From positions 55,822 to 119,821 of the forward strand of contig JAXMCW010000005.1 in NCBI GenBank assembly GCA_046349155.1: DNA of 64,000 nt, given 5' to 3'. The notes below the pieces were generated by a model. It saw only the letters and a list, made by a program, of their open reading frames with translations. It searched no databases and had not been told where the DNA came from. The stretch is from Alsobacter sp. Lineage in GTDB: Bacteria > Pseudomonadota > Alphaproteobacteria > Rhizobiales > Beijerinckiaceae. The translations under genes and the position numbers were made by a program. Shown here in pieces: positions 17,210 to 27,334 of this stretch (the first letter of the stretch is position 1; each line of letters begins with the position of its first letter).

Positions 17210-20035
17210 ATGGGTACGTACATTGGCACGACCGGCGACGATACAACTCTTCTGGATGTGACCGGAAGAACTTGGGATAGTGCTCAGATCAACTATATCA
17301 ACTACAGCCCTGGTGCTACGTCAACATCGGCCGACAACATGGCTTTGGTTGACATTACCGATTCATACTACTGGGACACGACCAATTCGGGGATCGGATA
17401 TCCGGCTAAATTTCAAGGTCAGGAGCATCCTGGGTATGATTACTTGGCCGGAAACGGCGGAAACGACATCCTGTTTAACTACAATTTCAAGAACTTCGGC
17501 TCCACGGCGCACTTGGTCAATTTCGATGGTGGCGAAGGGGACGATTCTATCTGGCTCTACGACAAATTTAACCAGAGTTACATGGTTGCCCAGGGGGGCA
17601 CGGGCAACGACGAAATCTACGGCGGAACATCTTCTTATGCCGAAACAATGGATGGCGGTTCCGGAAATGACTACATCGTTGGTGCATTCGCAGCGCCGGT
17701 TGATGGCCCGGACAGCATCATGGGAGGCGATGACTCCGATCACATCGAAGGCATGGGTGGTAACGACACAATAGATGGCGGAAGCGGAGATGATGGCTTC
17801 ACTCTTATCACCTTCGGTGCGCCGTCTCGTTCAGGCACGGCGTATGCCGGACTTTACGGTGGAGATGGCAATGACGAGATCCATGGAGGCGACGGAAACG
17901 ATTTTGTAGACGGCGGACCAGACAACGATCTGGTGTTCGGCGATGCTGGCAAAGACTCTCTGCAAGGCGGAGACGGCAACGATTATGTCGACGGCGGTCT
18001 AGATAACGACACCGTCTCCGGAGGAAACGGAGACGATTGGGTCGTCGACAATGACGGGGCTAATTCGCTCTCTGGAGATGCCGGCAACGACTACTTCCCC
18101 ATCGGTCCCGGTGCAAACACGATCGATGGAGGCTCGGACATCGACACGATTTCCTACTTGGCTACGTCCGGCGTCGTCGTGGATCTGCAAGGGACGATCC
18201 CGAACGGGTTGGATGCTGCCGGGGAGGTCATCGTATCTGTCGAAAATCTATACGGGTCCGATGTCGCGGATACGTTGATGGGAGACCTCAACGACAACGA
18301 GCTACGTGGGCGCCTCGGCAATGACAGCCTTTCGGGGCGTGGCGGAAACGACCTCATCGTGGACTGGCGATATGACCCTGACGACTTGACGGATGGGGGG
18401 TCGGACACACTGGATGGCGGTGCCGGTGCTGACACGCTTATGGGCGGCAACGGCAACGACGTGCTAATTGGCGGGGCTGGCGCCGACCAGTTGAACGGCG
18501 GCAACAACGTCGACCGCGCTTCCTACTCCACAGCTCAAGTCGGCGTCATTGCGAGTCTAGCACAGCCCGGCCTCAATACCGGTGACGCTGCGGGCGACAC
18601 CTATTTCTCAATCGAGAATCTGCAGGGATCTGGCCAGGTCGACACGTTGGCAGGCGACGACGGCGACAATCGGCTTGACGGCGGACTCGGCGCGGACAGC
18701 CTGGCTGGAGGTGGGGGCAATGACATCTATGTCGTGGAGAATAGCTTCGATCGAGTGATCGAAGGCTTGAACGCGGGCATCGACACGATCATTTCGTCGG
18801 TGACCCTGACGCTAGGCGCCAACGTGGAGAACCTGACGCTGGTGCCGGCCTTCAGCATCAACGGCACGGGCAACGGGCTCGACAATATCATCACGGGGAA
18901 TGACCAAGTCAACGTGCTGAACGGCCAGGCCGGGAACGACACGCTGATTGGCGGGGTAGGCAACGACCAGCTCGTGGGCGGGGCGGGCGCCGATAGCCTC
19001 GTGGGCGGCTCTGGCGTGCAAGATTTGGCCTCCTACTCCACATCCACCCTGGCGGGCGGGATCGTGGTAAGCCTCACCAATCCCAGTTCGAATACCGGTG
19101 ACGCGCTGGGCGACAACTACTCGGGAGTGGAAGGCCTGATCGGGTCGTCCTTCGCTGACACGCTGACGGGCACTGGGGGGGCGAATCGGCTGCAGGGTGG
19201 GGCCGGGAACGACGTGATCGACGGCCTGGCCGGCGCGGACACGATGTTGGGTGGGCAGGGCGACGACACGTTCTATGTCGACAACACCAGCGACGGAGTG
19301 TTCGAGAACGCAGGCGAGGGCGTCGACACCGTCTACTCCTCCGTGAAGTACACGTTGAGCTCCAACGTCGACAATTTGCTGTTGACGGGTACGGCCGGCA
19401 TTAATGCCAACGGCAATACGCTTGACAACAAGATGAGGGGCAACGACCAGGCGAACGCGCTCAACGGACTTGTCGGCAACGACACGCTGGACGGGGCGGG
19501 CGGCAACGACGTGCTGATCGGGGGCGTGGGCGCCGACAGCCTGTCGGGCGGAGCGGGTACAGACACGGCCTCCTACTCCACCGCAGCTACGGGCGTGGTG
19601 GTGGACCTCGCCAACATCGCGCTCAACACGGGCGACGCCTTGGGTGACGCCTACCTGTCGATCGAGAAGATCGCGGGCTCCGGGCAGAACGACCGGCTCT
19701 CAGGCGATGGTACGGCCAACGACCTCAACGGGGCGGGCGGGGCGGACACGCTGGACGGGGGACTGGGCAACGACACGCTGGCGGGCGGTACGGGGGGAGA
19801 CCTCTTCGTGTTCGCGTCGGGCTACGGCAAGGACGCGATCACGGATTTCGTGGCAGCGGACGACACGGTGCGGTTGACTGGCCTGTCTGGCGTATTCGCC
19901 GACGGTGCGGCGGCCTACGCGGCGAGCGTGCAGGTCGGCAATGACGTTGTGCTCACCCTCGACGCCACCAACAGCCTCACCTTCAAGAACATCCTCAAGT
20001 CCGCACTCTCGGCAGCCGACTTCAGCGTGACGTGA
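17210..20035 (+). CDS. RTX repeat protein (941 aa) with a low-GC N-terminal head and a diverged copy of the shared C-terminal tail
   Basis: Contains nonapeptide repeats. The tail from about 18.4 kb is roughly 80% identical in aa to the cassette. The last ~100 aa are nearly identical (GGTGGDLFVFASGYGKDAITDFVAADDTV...ALSAADFSVT). Confidence 0.9.
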   Translation: MGTYIGTTGDDTTLLDVTGRTWDSAQINYINYSPGATSTSADNMALVDITDSYYWDTTNSGIGYPAKFQGQEHPGYDYLAGNGGNDILFNYNFKNFGSTAHLVNFDGGEGDDSIWLYDKFNQSYMVAQGGTGNDEIYGGTSSYAETMDGGSGNDYIVGAFAAPVDGPDSIMGGDDSDHIEGMGGNDTIDGGSGDDGFTLITFGAPSRSGTAYAGLYGGDGNDEIHGGDGNDFVDGGPDNDLVFGDAGKDSLQGGDGNDYVDGGLDNDTVSGGNGDDWVVDNDGANSLSGDAGNDYFPIGPGANTIDGGSDIDTISYLATSGVVVDLQGTIPNGLDAAGEVIVSVENLYGSDVADTLMGDLNDNELRGRLGNDSLSGRGGNDLIVDWRYDPDDLTDGGSDTLDGGAGADTLMGGNGNDVLIGGAGADQLNGGNNVDRASYSTAQVGVIASLAQPGLNTGDAAGDTYFSIENLQGSGQVDTLAGDDGDNRLDGGLGADSLAGGGGNDIYVVENSFDRVIEGLNAGIDTIISSVTLTLGANVENLTLVPAFSINGTGNGLDNIITGNDQVNVLNGQAGNDTLIGGVGNDQLVGGAGADSLVGGSGVQDLASYSTSTLAGGIVVSLTNPSSNTGDALGDNYSGVEGLIGSSFADTLTGTGGANRLQGGAGNDVIDGLAGADTMLGGQGDDTFYVDNTSDGVFENAGEGVDTVYSSVKYTLSSNVDNLLLTGTAGINANGNTLDNKMRGNDQANALNGLVGNDTLDGAGGNDVLIGGVGADSLSGGAGTDTASYSTAATGVVVDLANIALNTGDALGDAYLSIEKIAGSGQNDRLSGDGTANDLNGAGGADTLDGGLGNDTLAGGTGGDLFVFASGYGKDAITDFVAADDTVRLTGLSGVFADGAAAYAASVQVGNDVVLTLDATNSLTFKNILKSALSAADFSVT

Positions 20036-20291
20036 GAAATCCCCCTTGCTGGGACGCCGGAGGTTGGCCTCGTCGCCCACCGCAAGAGACGTACCTTCTT
20101 GCGCGACATGATACTGGCCGAGTTCAGCGTCCCTATCTTATGAAAACCTATCAAGCTATGTTTAGATTGGTCTCCGTCGTTGCGGGGGATCGCGTCTAGA
20201 CTCGCAACATCGCCAGGCCGTCGATAATATTGCCCTCGTCTCAAAATTCTTTCGGCTGAAGCATAGCGTTTTCTTCCAGCGGGGACAGGCC

Positions 20292-23200
20292 ATGCCGGTG
20301 GTGACCGATTACTCTGCCCTTATTAGTGGTAGTGCTTGGGGCGGTATCGAAGTGATCGGCAAGCCGGTCATCGTCACCTATTCATTCCCAACGGTTGCCA
20401 GCGACTATCTTGCTTCGGTCGACGGATTCACCTCGGCAACTGTCAGCAGTTTTCAGGCCTTTAGTGCCAGCGAGCAGGCCCAGGCTCGGACAGCTCTTGC
20501 CGAATGGGCCGCGGCCAGCGGCCTCACCTTCATTGAGGTGGCGCCTGGCCATGGCGATATCAACTTCCAGATCGTGGATTTCAACACGACATCCAGCCCG
20601 TCCTATTCAAGCTATGGCGGCGTCGCGTTTTATCCATTTGGAGACTGGAACTACTTCACCTACCCGTCGTTTTCTGGCGACCTCGACGCCTCCGGCGACG
20701 TGTTCATGAATTCGCAGCTCGCCTCGGGGGAAACGGTCTCCTACGGCACGCTCCTGCACGAGATCGGCCACGCTATCGGCCTGAAGCATCCGACTGAGGT
20801 TGTCACCAACTACGCGGCAAACCCCATCGTTGTTCATGACCAGGTCCTCTCGAGCGATGACCCGACAAGGACGATCATGGCGACGGTCGGCGACAACAGT
20901 GCCACCGGGACGCCGCATCTGCTTCCTCTCGACGTGGCCGCGGCCGCCTATCTTTACGGCGCGGCAGGCCAAGGCGGTGTCTACACGACAAGCGCGACCG
21001 GTTCGAATTCAAGTGTCTCTGCGTGGTCCTGGGATGCGGTCACGCAGATCCTGTCACAGACGGGGACGGCTGCAGATGATGCTATGCGGGGCACTTCGGT
21101 AGCAGACAGCCTGGACGGCCAAGGTGGCAATAACAGCCTCTTCGGTCTTGCCGGAAACGACACACTCACGTCCGGCGCCGGCAACGACCTCCTGCACGGC
21201 GGCACTGGCGACGATTCCATGAGCGGCGGTGCGGGGGACGACACGTACTTAGTGGATTCCGTGTCCGACGGGATCCTGGAACAGCCCGGCCAGGGCTTCG
21301 ACAGCGTCTTGTCGACGATCAGCACTGTCCTCGCCCCCAATGTGGAACTGCTGCAGCTATTCGGCCAAGGCCTGACAGGCTCCGGGAACGGGCTCGCCAA
21401 TACGATTTTCGGCGATGGAAGCCATGCCGGGTGGCTCCTGGGGTTGGGGAACGACGACTACATGGTCGCGGGATCCGGTGCGGACACGCTCGATGGCGGC
21501 ACCGGCAACGACTCCCTCTACGGAGGTGACGGAAACGACCTGTATGTCGTGGATTCTGTCTTCGATCTGGTGGGTGAGCCGAGCACCGATGGCAGCGGCA
21601 TCGATACGATCCTTTCGTCCGTAAGCCTGGTCCTTCCGGGCTCGGTCGAGAACCTGACGCTGACGGGTGCCGACAGCATCAACGGGACCGGCAATGGCCT
21701 CGACAACGTGCTGGTGGGCAACGGGGCGGCCAATCGCCTGACGGGGAATGACGGGGCCGACACGCTGGATGGAGGCCTGGGCGCCGACACACTGATCGGC
21801 GGGCTGGGCAATGACACCTTCGTGGTGGACGACGCAGGAGACGCCGTCTTCGAGAGCGCCGGCGAGGGCATCGACACCATCTTCTCCTCGATCACGAAGA
21901 CACTGGGGTCGACGGTTGAGAACCTCGTGCTGACGGGTGTCCTTGGGATCAACGGGACCGGGAATGCATCCGACAACGTCCTGACGGGCAACGAGGCCGG
22001 CAATGCCCTGAACGGGGCTGGGGGCAACGACACGCTCGACGGGGCGGGCGGCAACGACGTTCTGATCGGAGGCACGGGCGCTGACAGCCTGTCGGGTGGA
22101 ACGGGCACGGACACGGCCTCCTACGCCACGGCCGCGACGGGCGTGTTCGCGAGCCTGGCCGCACCGAACCTGAACACGGGCGACGCGCTGGGCGACAGCT
22201 ACCTGTCGATCGAGAACCTGCTGGGCTCGGGCCAGGTCGACACGCTGGTGGGCGACGTGAACGCCAACCGCCTGGATGGCGGCGTGGGCGCCGACAGCCT
22301 GGTGGGCGGCGGGGGCGACGACGTCTATGTCGTCGACAACAGCGGCGACCGGGTGCTGGAGAGCTCTGCGGCGGGCGGGCTCGACACGGTGATTGCCTCC
22401 GTTCAGGTGACGCTGTCCGGCAACGTTGAGAACCTGACACTGGTGCAGGGCTTCAGCATCAACGGGACGGGCAATGGGCTGGATAACCTGATCACGGGCA
22501 ACGACCAGGCCAACGTGCTGAACGGGCTGGTCGGGAATGACACGCTGGTGGGGGGCGTTGGCAATGACCAGCTGATCGGCGGGGCTGGTGCCGACAGCCT
22601 GGTGGGGGGCAGCGGAACGCTGGATCTTGCCTCCTACTCGACCTCGACCCTTGCGGGCGGGCTGGTGGCGAACCTGGCGGACGCGCTGCAGAACACGGGC
22701 GATGCGCTGGGCGACCGCTACTCGGGCGTGGAGGGCCTGATCGGATCGGGTTTTGCGGACACGCTGACGGGGGATGGCGGCTCGAACCGTCTGTCTGGCG
22801 GGGCCGGCAACGACGTGATCGATGGCGGCGTGGGCGCCGACACGATGCTGGGGGGCGCGGGCGACGACACGTTCACGGTCGACAATGCGAGCGACGGGGT
22901 GTTCGAGAACGCGGGCGAGGGCCTGGATACGGTGTTCTCGTCGGTGAAGTACACGCTGAGCGCGAACGTGGAGAACCTCGTGCTGACGGGCAGCGCCGGG
23001 ATCAACGCGAACGGCAATGCGCTGGGCAACGTGATCACGGGCAACGACACGGCGAACGCGCTGAACGGGCTGGACGGGGCGGACACGCTGAACGGGGCGG
23101 GCGGCAACGACGTGCTGATCGGCGGCGTGGGGGCGGACCTTCTGGACGGAGGCCTGGGGACGGACACGGCGTCCTATTCGACGGCGCTGACGGGCGTGAC

Positions 23201-23636
23201 GGTGAACCTCGGGGCGATGGGGCTGAACACCGGGGACGCGCAGGGCGACCAGTACATCTCGATCGAGAAGGTGCTGGGGTCTGGACTGGGTGACCAGCTG
23301 ACGGGCGACGCCAATGCCAACAACTTCAACGGGTCTGGCGGGGCGGACACGCTGGACGGGGGGCTTGGCAACGACACGCTGGCGGGCGGCACGGGGGGAG
23401 ACCTCTTCGTGTTTGCATCGGGCTACGGCAAGGACGCGATCACGGACTTCGTGGCGGCGGACGACACGGTGCAACTGACCGGGCTGTCGGGCGTGTTCGC
23501 GGACGGGGCTGCGGCCTATACGGCCAGCGTGCAGATCGGCAACGACGTCGTGCTCACCCTCGACGCCGCCAACAGCCTCACCTTCAAGAACATCCTGAAG
23601 ACCGCACTCTCCGCAGCTGACTTCAGCGTGAGTTGA
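20292..23636 (+). CDS. Serralysin-like (M10B metzincin) metalloprotease fused to the shared RTX tail (1114 aa)
   Basis: TYSFP... start, HEIGHAIGLKH (HExxHxxGxxH, nt ~20757-20789), Met-turn-like TIMAT, LPLDVAAAAYLYG. Followed by RTX repeats and cassette copy C. Confidence 0.9.
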   Translation: MPVVTDYSALISGSAWGGIEVIGKPVIVTYSFPTVASDYLASVDGFTSATVSSFQAFSASEQAQARTALAEWAAASGLTFIEVAPGHGDINFQIVDFNTTSSPSYSSYGGVAFYPFGDWNYFTYPSFSGDLDASGDVFMNSQLASGETVSYGTLLHEIGHAIGLKHPTEVVTNYAANPIVVHDQVLSSDDPTRTIMATVGDNSATGTPHLLPLDVAAAAYLYGAAGQGGVYTTSATGSNSSVSAWSWDAVTQILSQTGTAADDAMRGTSVADSLDGQGGNNSLFGLAGNDTLTSGAGNDLLHGGTGDDSMSGGAGDDTYLVDSVSDGILEQPGQGFDSVLSTISTVLAPNVELLQLFGQGLTGSGNGLANTIFGDGSHAGWLLGLGNDDYMVAGSGADTLDGGTGNDSLYGGDGNDLYVVDSVFDLVGEPSTDGSGIDTILSSVSLVLPGSVENLTLTGADSINGTGNGLDNVLVGNGAANRLTGNDGADTLDGGLGADTLIGGLGNDTFVVDDAGDAVFESAGEGIDTIFSSITKTLGSTVENLVLTGVLGINGTGNASDNVLTGNEAGNALNGAGGNDTLDGAGGNDVLIGGTGADSLSGGTGTDTASYATAATGVFASLAAPNLNTGDALGDSYLSIENLLGSGQVDTLVGDVNANRLDGGVGADSLVGGGGDDVYVVDNSGDRVLESSAAGGLDTVIASVQVTLSGNVENLTLVQGFSINGTGNGLDNLITGNDQANVLNGLVGNDTLVGGVGNDQLIGGAGADSLVGGSGTLDLASYSTSTLAGGLVANLADALQNTGDALGDRYSGVEGLIGSGFADTLTGDGGSNRLSGGAGNDVIDGGVGADTMLGGAGDDTFTVDNASDGVFENAGEGLDTVFSSVKYTLSANVENLVLTGSAGINANGNALGNVITGNDTANALNGLDGADTLNGAGGNDVLIGGVGADLLDGGLGTDTASYSTALTGVTVNLGAMGLNTGDAQGDQYISIEKVLGSGLGDQLTGDANANNFNGSGGADTLDGGLGNDTLAGGTGGDLFVFASGYGKDAITDFVAADDTVQLTGLSGVFADGAAAYTASVQIGNDVVLTLDAANSLTFKNILKTALSAADFSVS
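21648..23636. repeat. 1,989-bp RTX C-terminal cassette, copy C
   Basis: Offset is exactly 20018 bp from copy A. Sense and antisense ORF translations are identical over about 1.4 kb (e.g. 1931..2422 vs 21949..22440). Differences cluster at both ends of the cassette. Confidence 0.95.
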
Positions 23637-23812
23637 GAGCCGGACTGCCCGATTGCGATGACCTGGCTGGAGTGAGCTTGAGGTCCTGATTGGCGGGAAA
23701 ACGGATCGCCGTTAACCATAGGCCCAAGTCCAAAGGCGCACTCACCGAAGAACATTGACTCGCGAGGAGGAAGGTTCATCTTAGTTAATGTGGAGTTAAA
23801 ATTTAGCTTACG

Positions 23813-25597
23813 ATGGACCCGAAACGCCCCACTTCGATCCGCGAAAATGGGCTGCGGCTGCTGCGCCTCCTCGATGGCTGCTACGTCGCATTGGGCGTCG
23901 TTTTCCTTCTGAGTGCAGCGGTCAATCTGCTTTATCTCACAAGCTCCATCTACATGATGGAAATCTACGACCGCATCATCCCGAGCCGCAGCATCGCGAC
24001 ACTCGTCTCCTTGACGGTCATCGTGTTCGTGATGTTTGCCTTCCAGGGGCTCTTCGACGTTCTTCGCAGCCGCGTCCTGGCAAGGGTGGGTGGCGTGGTC
24101 GACGAACGTTTGTCGCGCCAGGTGTTCGCTCTGGTTCAGCGTACACCGCGTCAAGGCATGGACGACGGCCTTTCGCCGATCCGGGACGTCGATCAGGTTC
24201 GATCCTTCTTTGTTGGCGGAGGACCGAGTTCATTTCTGGACCTGCCTTGGATTCCTTTTTATCTCGTCCTCTGTTTTGCATTTCATCCACTTGTCGGCCT
24301 TGTGTCGCTCCTGGGCTCCCTGTGCCTTTTCGGGCTGACGCTCCTGACAGACCTCGTGTCACGCGAACCCGCGGCAAAGACCGGCAAAGCCGCATCCTTG
24401 AGGATGGGTTTGGCAGCCTCTGCGCGCCGCAATGTGGAGGTAGTCCAGGCCATGGGCATGGAAGCCGCGCTGGCCAACCGATGGACAAAGACAAGCTCGC
24501 TCTACACATCCTTGCAGATGGGCGTCACTGACGCCGCCGTGAATTTCAGCGGCCTGTCCCGCGTTATTCGACTCTCGCTCCAGTCAGGCGTGATGGGGAT
24601 TGGTGCTGTCCTCGTCATGGCTGGCGAAACGTCCAGCGGCATCATCATTGCGTCCTCGATCCTGGCCGCTCGCGCGCTCGCGCCGGTCGAATCCCTGATT
24701 GCCCACTGGAAAAGCTTCCTCGCCTTCCGCACATCCTGGGCGAGGCTGTGTTCCGCGTTTGACGAACTGGGCGTGTCTGCCGACGTCCTTGATCTGCCGC
24801 TTCCCCGCAAGGCCATCGAGGTGCAAGGCGTCCAGGCCCGTCCCCCAGGATCCCCGAACATCGTTGTTCGCGACGTGTCCTTCACACTGAATGCCGGTCA
24901 AGGCCTTGGCATCATCGGCCCGAGTGGTTCCGGCAAGTCATCCTTGGCGCGTGTCCTGGTGGGAGTGTGGCCAACTTTTCGAGGAAAGGTCTGCCTCGAC
25001 GGGGCTGCGCTCGACCAGTGGAGCAGAAATCGGCTCGGTCCCGGAATCGGCTACATTCCTCAGGACGTGGAGTTGTTTGCTGGAACGGTTGCTGAAAACA
25101 TCGCTCGGTTCGAGCCCAATCCTTCAACCGAAGCCGTGCTGAAGGCTGCTCAGTCAGCCGGTGTCCACGATCTGATCCTCACGCTGCCGAAAGGTTACAT
25201 GACGGCGATCGGTGAGGGTGGAGAAGCCTTGTCGGGGGGGCAGCGACAAAGACTCGCCCTCGCAAGAGCTCTCTACAAGGATCCCTTCCTTCTTGTGCTC
25301 GACGAACCAAATTCGAACTTGGACTCGGAAGGCGAGGCTGCACTGACCCAGGCTCTTCTGACTGTCCGTGAGCGGGGAGGCATCGTGATCGTGGTGGCAC
25401 ATCGTGCAAGCGCGCTGGCGGCCGTCGATCAAGTCCTCGCTCTTGCGGAGGGGCGAGCAGTCGCACTTGGCCCCAAGGATGAGATCCTTCGCCAGGTGTT
25501 GAGGGCTGAGAACCAGCCGGCCCAGCGCGGCGGCGGACCATCCACGCCGGCTAACTTGCATGCGCCGCAACCCGCAATGAGCGGGAGTCGATCGTGA
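23813..25597 (+). CDS. Type I secretion system permease/ATPase (PrtD/AprD/HasD class, no C39 domain)
   Basis: 594 aa. N-terminal TM domain, Walker A GPSGSGKSS, signature LSGGQRQRLALARA, Walker B LLVLDEP. Confidence 0.9.
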   Translation: MDPKRPTSIRENGLRLLRLLDGCYVALGVVFLLSAAVNLLYLTSSIYMMEIYDRIIPSRSIATLVSLTVIVFVMFAFQGLFDVLRSRVLARVGGVVDERLSRQVFALVQRTPRQGMDDGLSPIRDVDQVRSFFVGGGPSSFLDLPWIPFYLVLCFAFHPLVGLVSLLGSLCLFGLTLLTDLVSREPAAKTGKAASLRMGLAASARRNVEVVQAMGMEAALANRWTKTSSLYTSLQMGVTDAAVNFSGLSRVIRLSLQSGVMGIGAVLVMAGETSSGIIIASSILAARALAPVESLIAHWKSFLAFRTSWARLCSAFDELGVSADVLDLPLPRKAIEVQGVQARPPGSPNIVVRDVSFTLNAGQGLGIIGPSGSGKSSLARVLVGVWPTFRGKVCLDGAALDQWSRNRLGPGIGYIPQDVELFAGTVAENIARFEPNPSTEAVLKAAQSAGVHDLILTLPKGYMTAIGEGGEALSGGQRQRLALARALYKDPFLLVLDEPNSNLDSEGEAALTQALLTVRERGGIVIVVAHRASALAAVDQVLALAEGRAVALGPKDEILRQVLRAENQPAQRGGGPSTPANLHAPQPAMSGSRS

Positions 25598-26940
25598 CAG
25601 CCTTTTCGAACGCGCTCGACCTGCTGAAACCGGCAAGGCTCACGGGAGACAGCCTCAGCAAATCCCTTCAGCGCCATCTCCACTTGTCACTCTTTTCGTT
25701 TGTCGTGTTGTTCTGCGGCTTTCTCCTCTGGGCTGGGATGAGCGACATTGCCGGCGCGGTCATCGCAAGCGGACAACTCGTTGTCGAGAGCAACGTCAAG
25801 AAGATCCAGCACCCCAATGGCGGGGTAATCGCAGAGGTCAAGGTTAGGGACGGTGACCGCGTCCGCGCCGGCGACCTGCTCATTCGTCTCGACGAGACAG
25901 TGGCGCGTGCAAATCTTGCAATCGTTGAGGGGAACCTTCAGCAGCTTTCGATCCGTTTGGCTCGGCTTGAAGCTGAACGCGATGGCGACGTGCAATTGAA
26001 ATGGCCAGATATCTTGGCCCCCCGATCCACTGACCCAGGGGTTGTCCATCTTGTGGAGAGTGAGCAAAACCTGCTCACTCTCAGAATCGAGGCACGCGCT
26101 GGACAGAAATCGCAGCTCGACGAACGTCGTCGACAGCTGGAAGACGAGATCGTCGGCCTTACCGGTCAGCTAAGCGCCAAAGAGACTGAAGTAGAACTCA
26201 TCAACAAGGAACTTGTGAGCGTCAAGGCTCTCTATCGCAAGAACCTCGTTTCACTTCAGCGGGTCAATATGCTCGAGCGCGACACCGCGCGCTTGCTCGG
26301 AGAAAAGTCAGCACTGCAGGCAGCCATCGCACAGACAAAAGGCAAGATCAGTGAGATCAATCTCCAGAAGATCCAAATCGATCAAGACAATCGAAGCGAC
26401 GTGGTGAAGGAAATCCGGGAAACTCAATCAAAGGTCGCAGAACTCCTCGAGCGACAAATTGCTTCGCGCGATTTCTTGAGCCGGGTTGAGATGCGGGCGC
26501 CTCAGGATGGAGTTGTCCACCAGCTAGCCGTCCATACAATTGGCGGCGTCGTTGGAGCTGGCGATACTCTCTTGCAAGTCGTGCCGGAAAACGACGAACT
26601 GCGTGTTGAGGCTCGCATCGCACCACATGATATCGACTCAGTCCGTAAAGGACAGCCAGTCAATATCCGCCTGACAGCTTTCAGCCAGCGAGTGACCCCC
26701 GAAGTGCCTGGCGAGGTGTTATTCGTTTCGCCGGACCTCATTATTGATCCGAAGACGGGACTGTCATTTTACGCTGTCACAATCTCAATGAAGTTACGGG
26801 ATAATCCGGACACGAAATCGCTGCGTGTCGTTCCTGGCATGCCTGTTGAGGCCTTCATACAGACCAATCCCCGGACCGTGCTCAGTTATCTCCTGAAACC
26901 CATCTCTGACCAGTTGCGGCGAGCATTCAGGGAGCGGTAA
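25594..26940 (+). CDS. HlyD-family type I secretion membrane fusion (adaptor) protein
   Basis: 448 aa. Single N-terminal TM, long coiled-coil middle, barrel-sandwich motifs (IQHPNGGVIAEVKVRDGDRVRAGDLLIRLDE). GTGA overlap with the ABC gene stop. Confidence 0.9.
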   Translation: MTAFSNALDLLKPARLTGDSLSKSLQRHLHLSLFSFVVLFCGFLLWAGMSDIAGAVIASGQLVVESNVKKIQHPNGGVIAEVKVRDGDRVRAGDLLIRLDETVARANLAIVEGNLQQLSIRLARLEAERDGDVQLKWPDILAPRSTDPGVVHLVESEQNLLTLRIEARAGQKSQLDERRRQLEDEIVGLTGQLSAKETEVELINKELVSVKALYRKNLVSLQRVNMLERDTARLLGEKSALQAAIAQTKGKISEINLQKIQIDQDNRSDVVKEIRETQSKVAELLERQIASRDFLSRVEMRAPQDGVVHQLAVHTIGGVVGAGDTLLQVVPENDELRVEARIAPHDIDSVRKGQPVNIRLTAFSQRVTPEVPGEVLFVSPDLIIDPKTGLSFYAVTISMKLRDNPDTKSLRVVPGMPVEAFIQTNPRTVLSYLLKPISDQLRRAFRER

Positions 26941-27334
26941 GTCGGTCAGCCGAAATCCTGCCGCCGTCAGATGCCAAAAAGGCGTCCGATCGAATTTCAA
27001 GACGTATCTCAATCTTATTGCTCGTTCGAAAAAAGCCGAATAACACAAGGCATGTTGTAAGAATTTCGAGATCGGAGAGACATCAGGAATGAATTATCTT
27101 CCGCCTTAGCGACGACGAAAGCCGAGGACTCTTGCCAAAAAGACCGATAGGTACGTCACGACACCAATGGAAATTGATCTCAGATCGGAGTGTATTCAGG
27201 TTGCCGTGCGTCTTATTCGTAAAGTCTATGCTATTTGACAATCAGTCATTGATTACGGTTGTTTGAAAAGTTGACGATTGAGCATGTTTGGATTGTTGGC
27301 GATGAGGCGTGCACAATTGGAGTGCGGCCGATAC

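Noticed and set aside
3745-20400. A LapA-type N-terminal retention module or LapG cleavage site in the RTX proteins, which would link them to the BTLCP at 50.6 kb.
   Set aside because: The three complete N-termini (MPLSIGTPSSGDDS..., MGTYIGTTGDDT..., MPVVTDYSALISG...) go straight into repeats or the protease domain. I could see no globular plug domain or convincing di-alanine site by eye. The link remains speculative.
1-23636. The possibility that the periodic RTX repeats represent a CRISPR array or non-coding tandem repeats.
   Set aside because: The periodicity is coding (9-aa GGxGxDxLx units and ~190-aa super-repeats inside long open frames). There is no repeat-spacer architecture and no cas genes.
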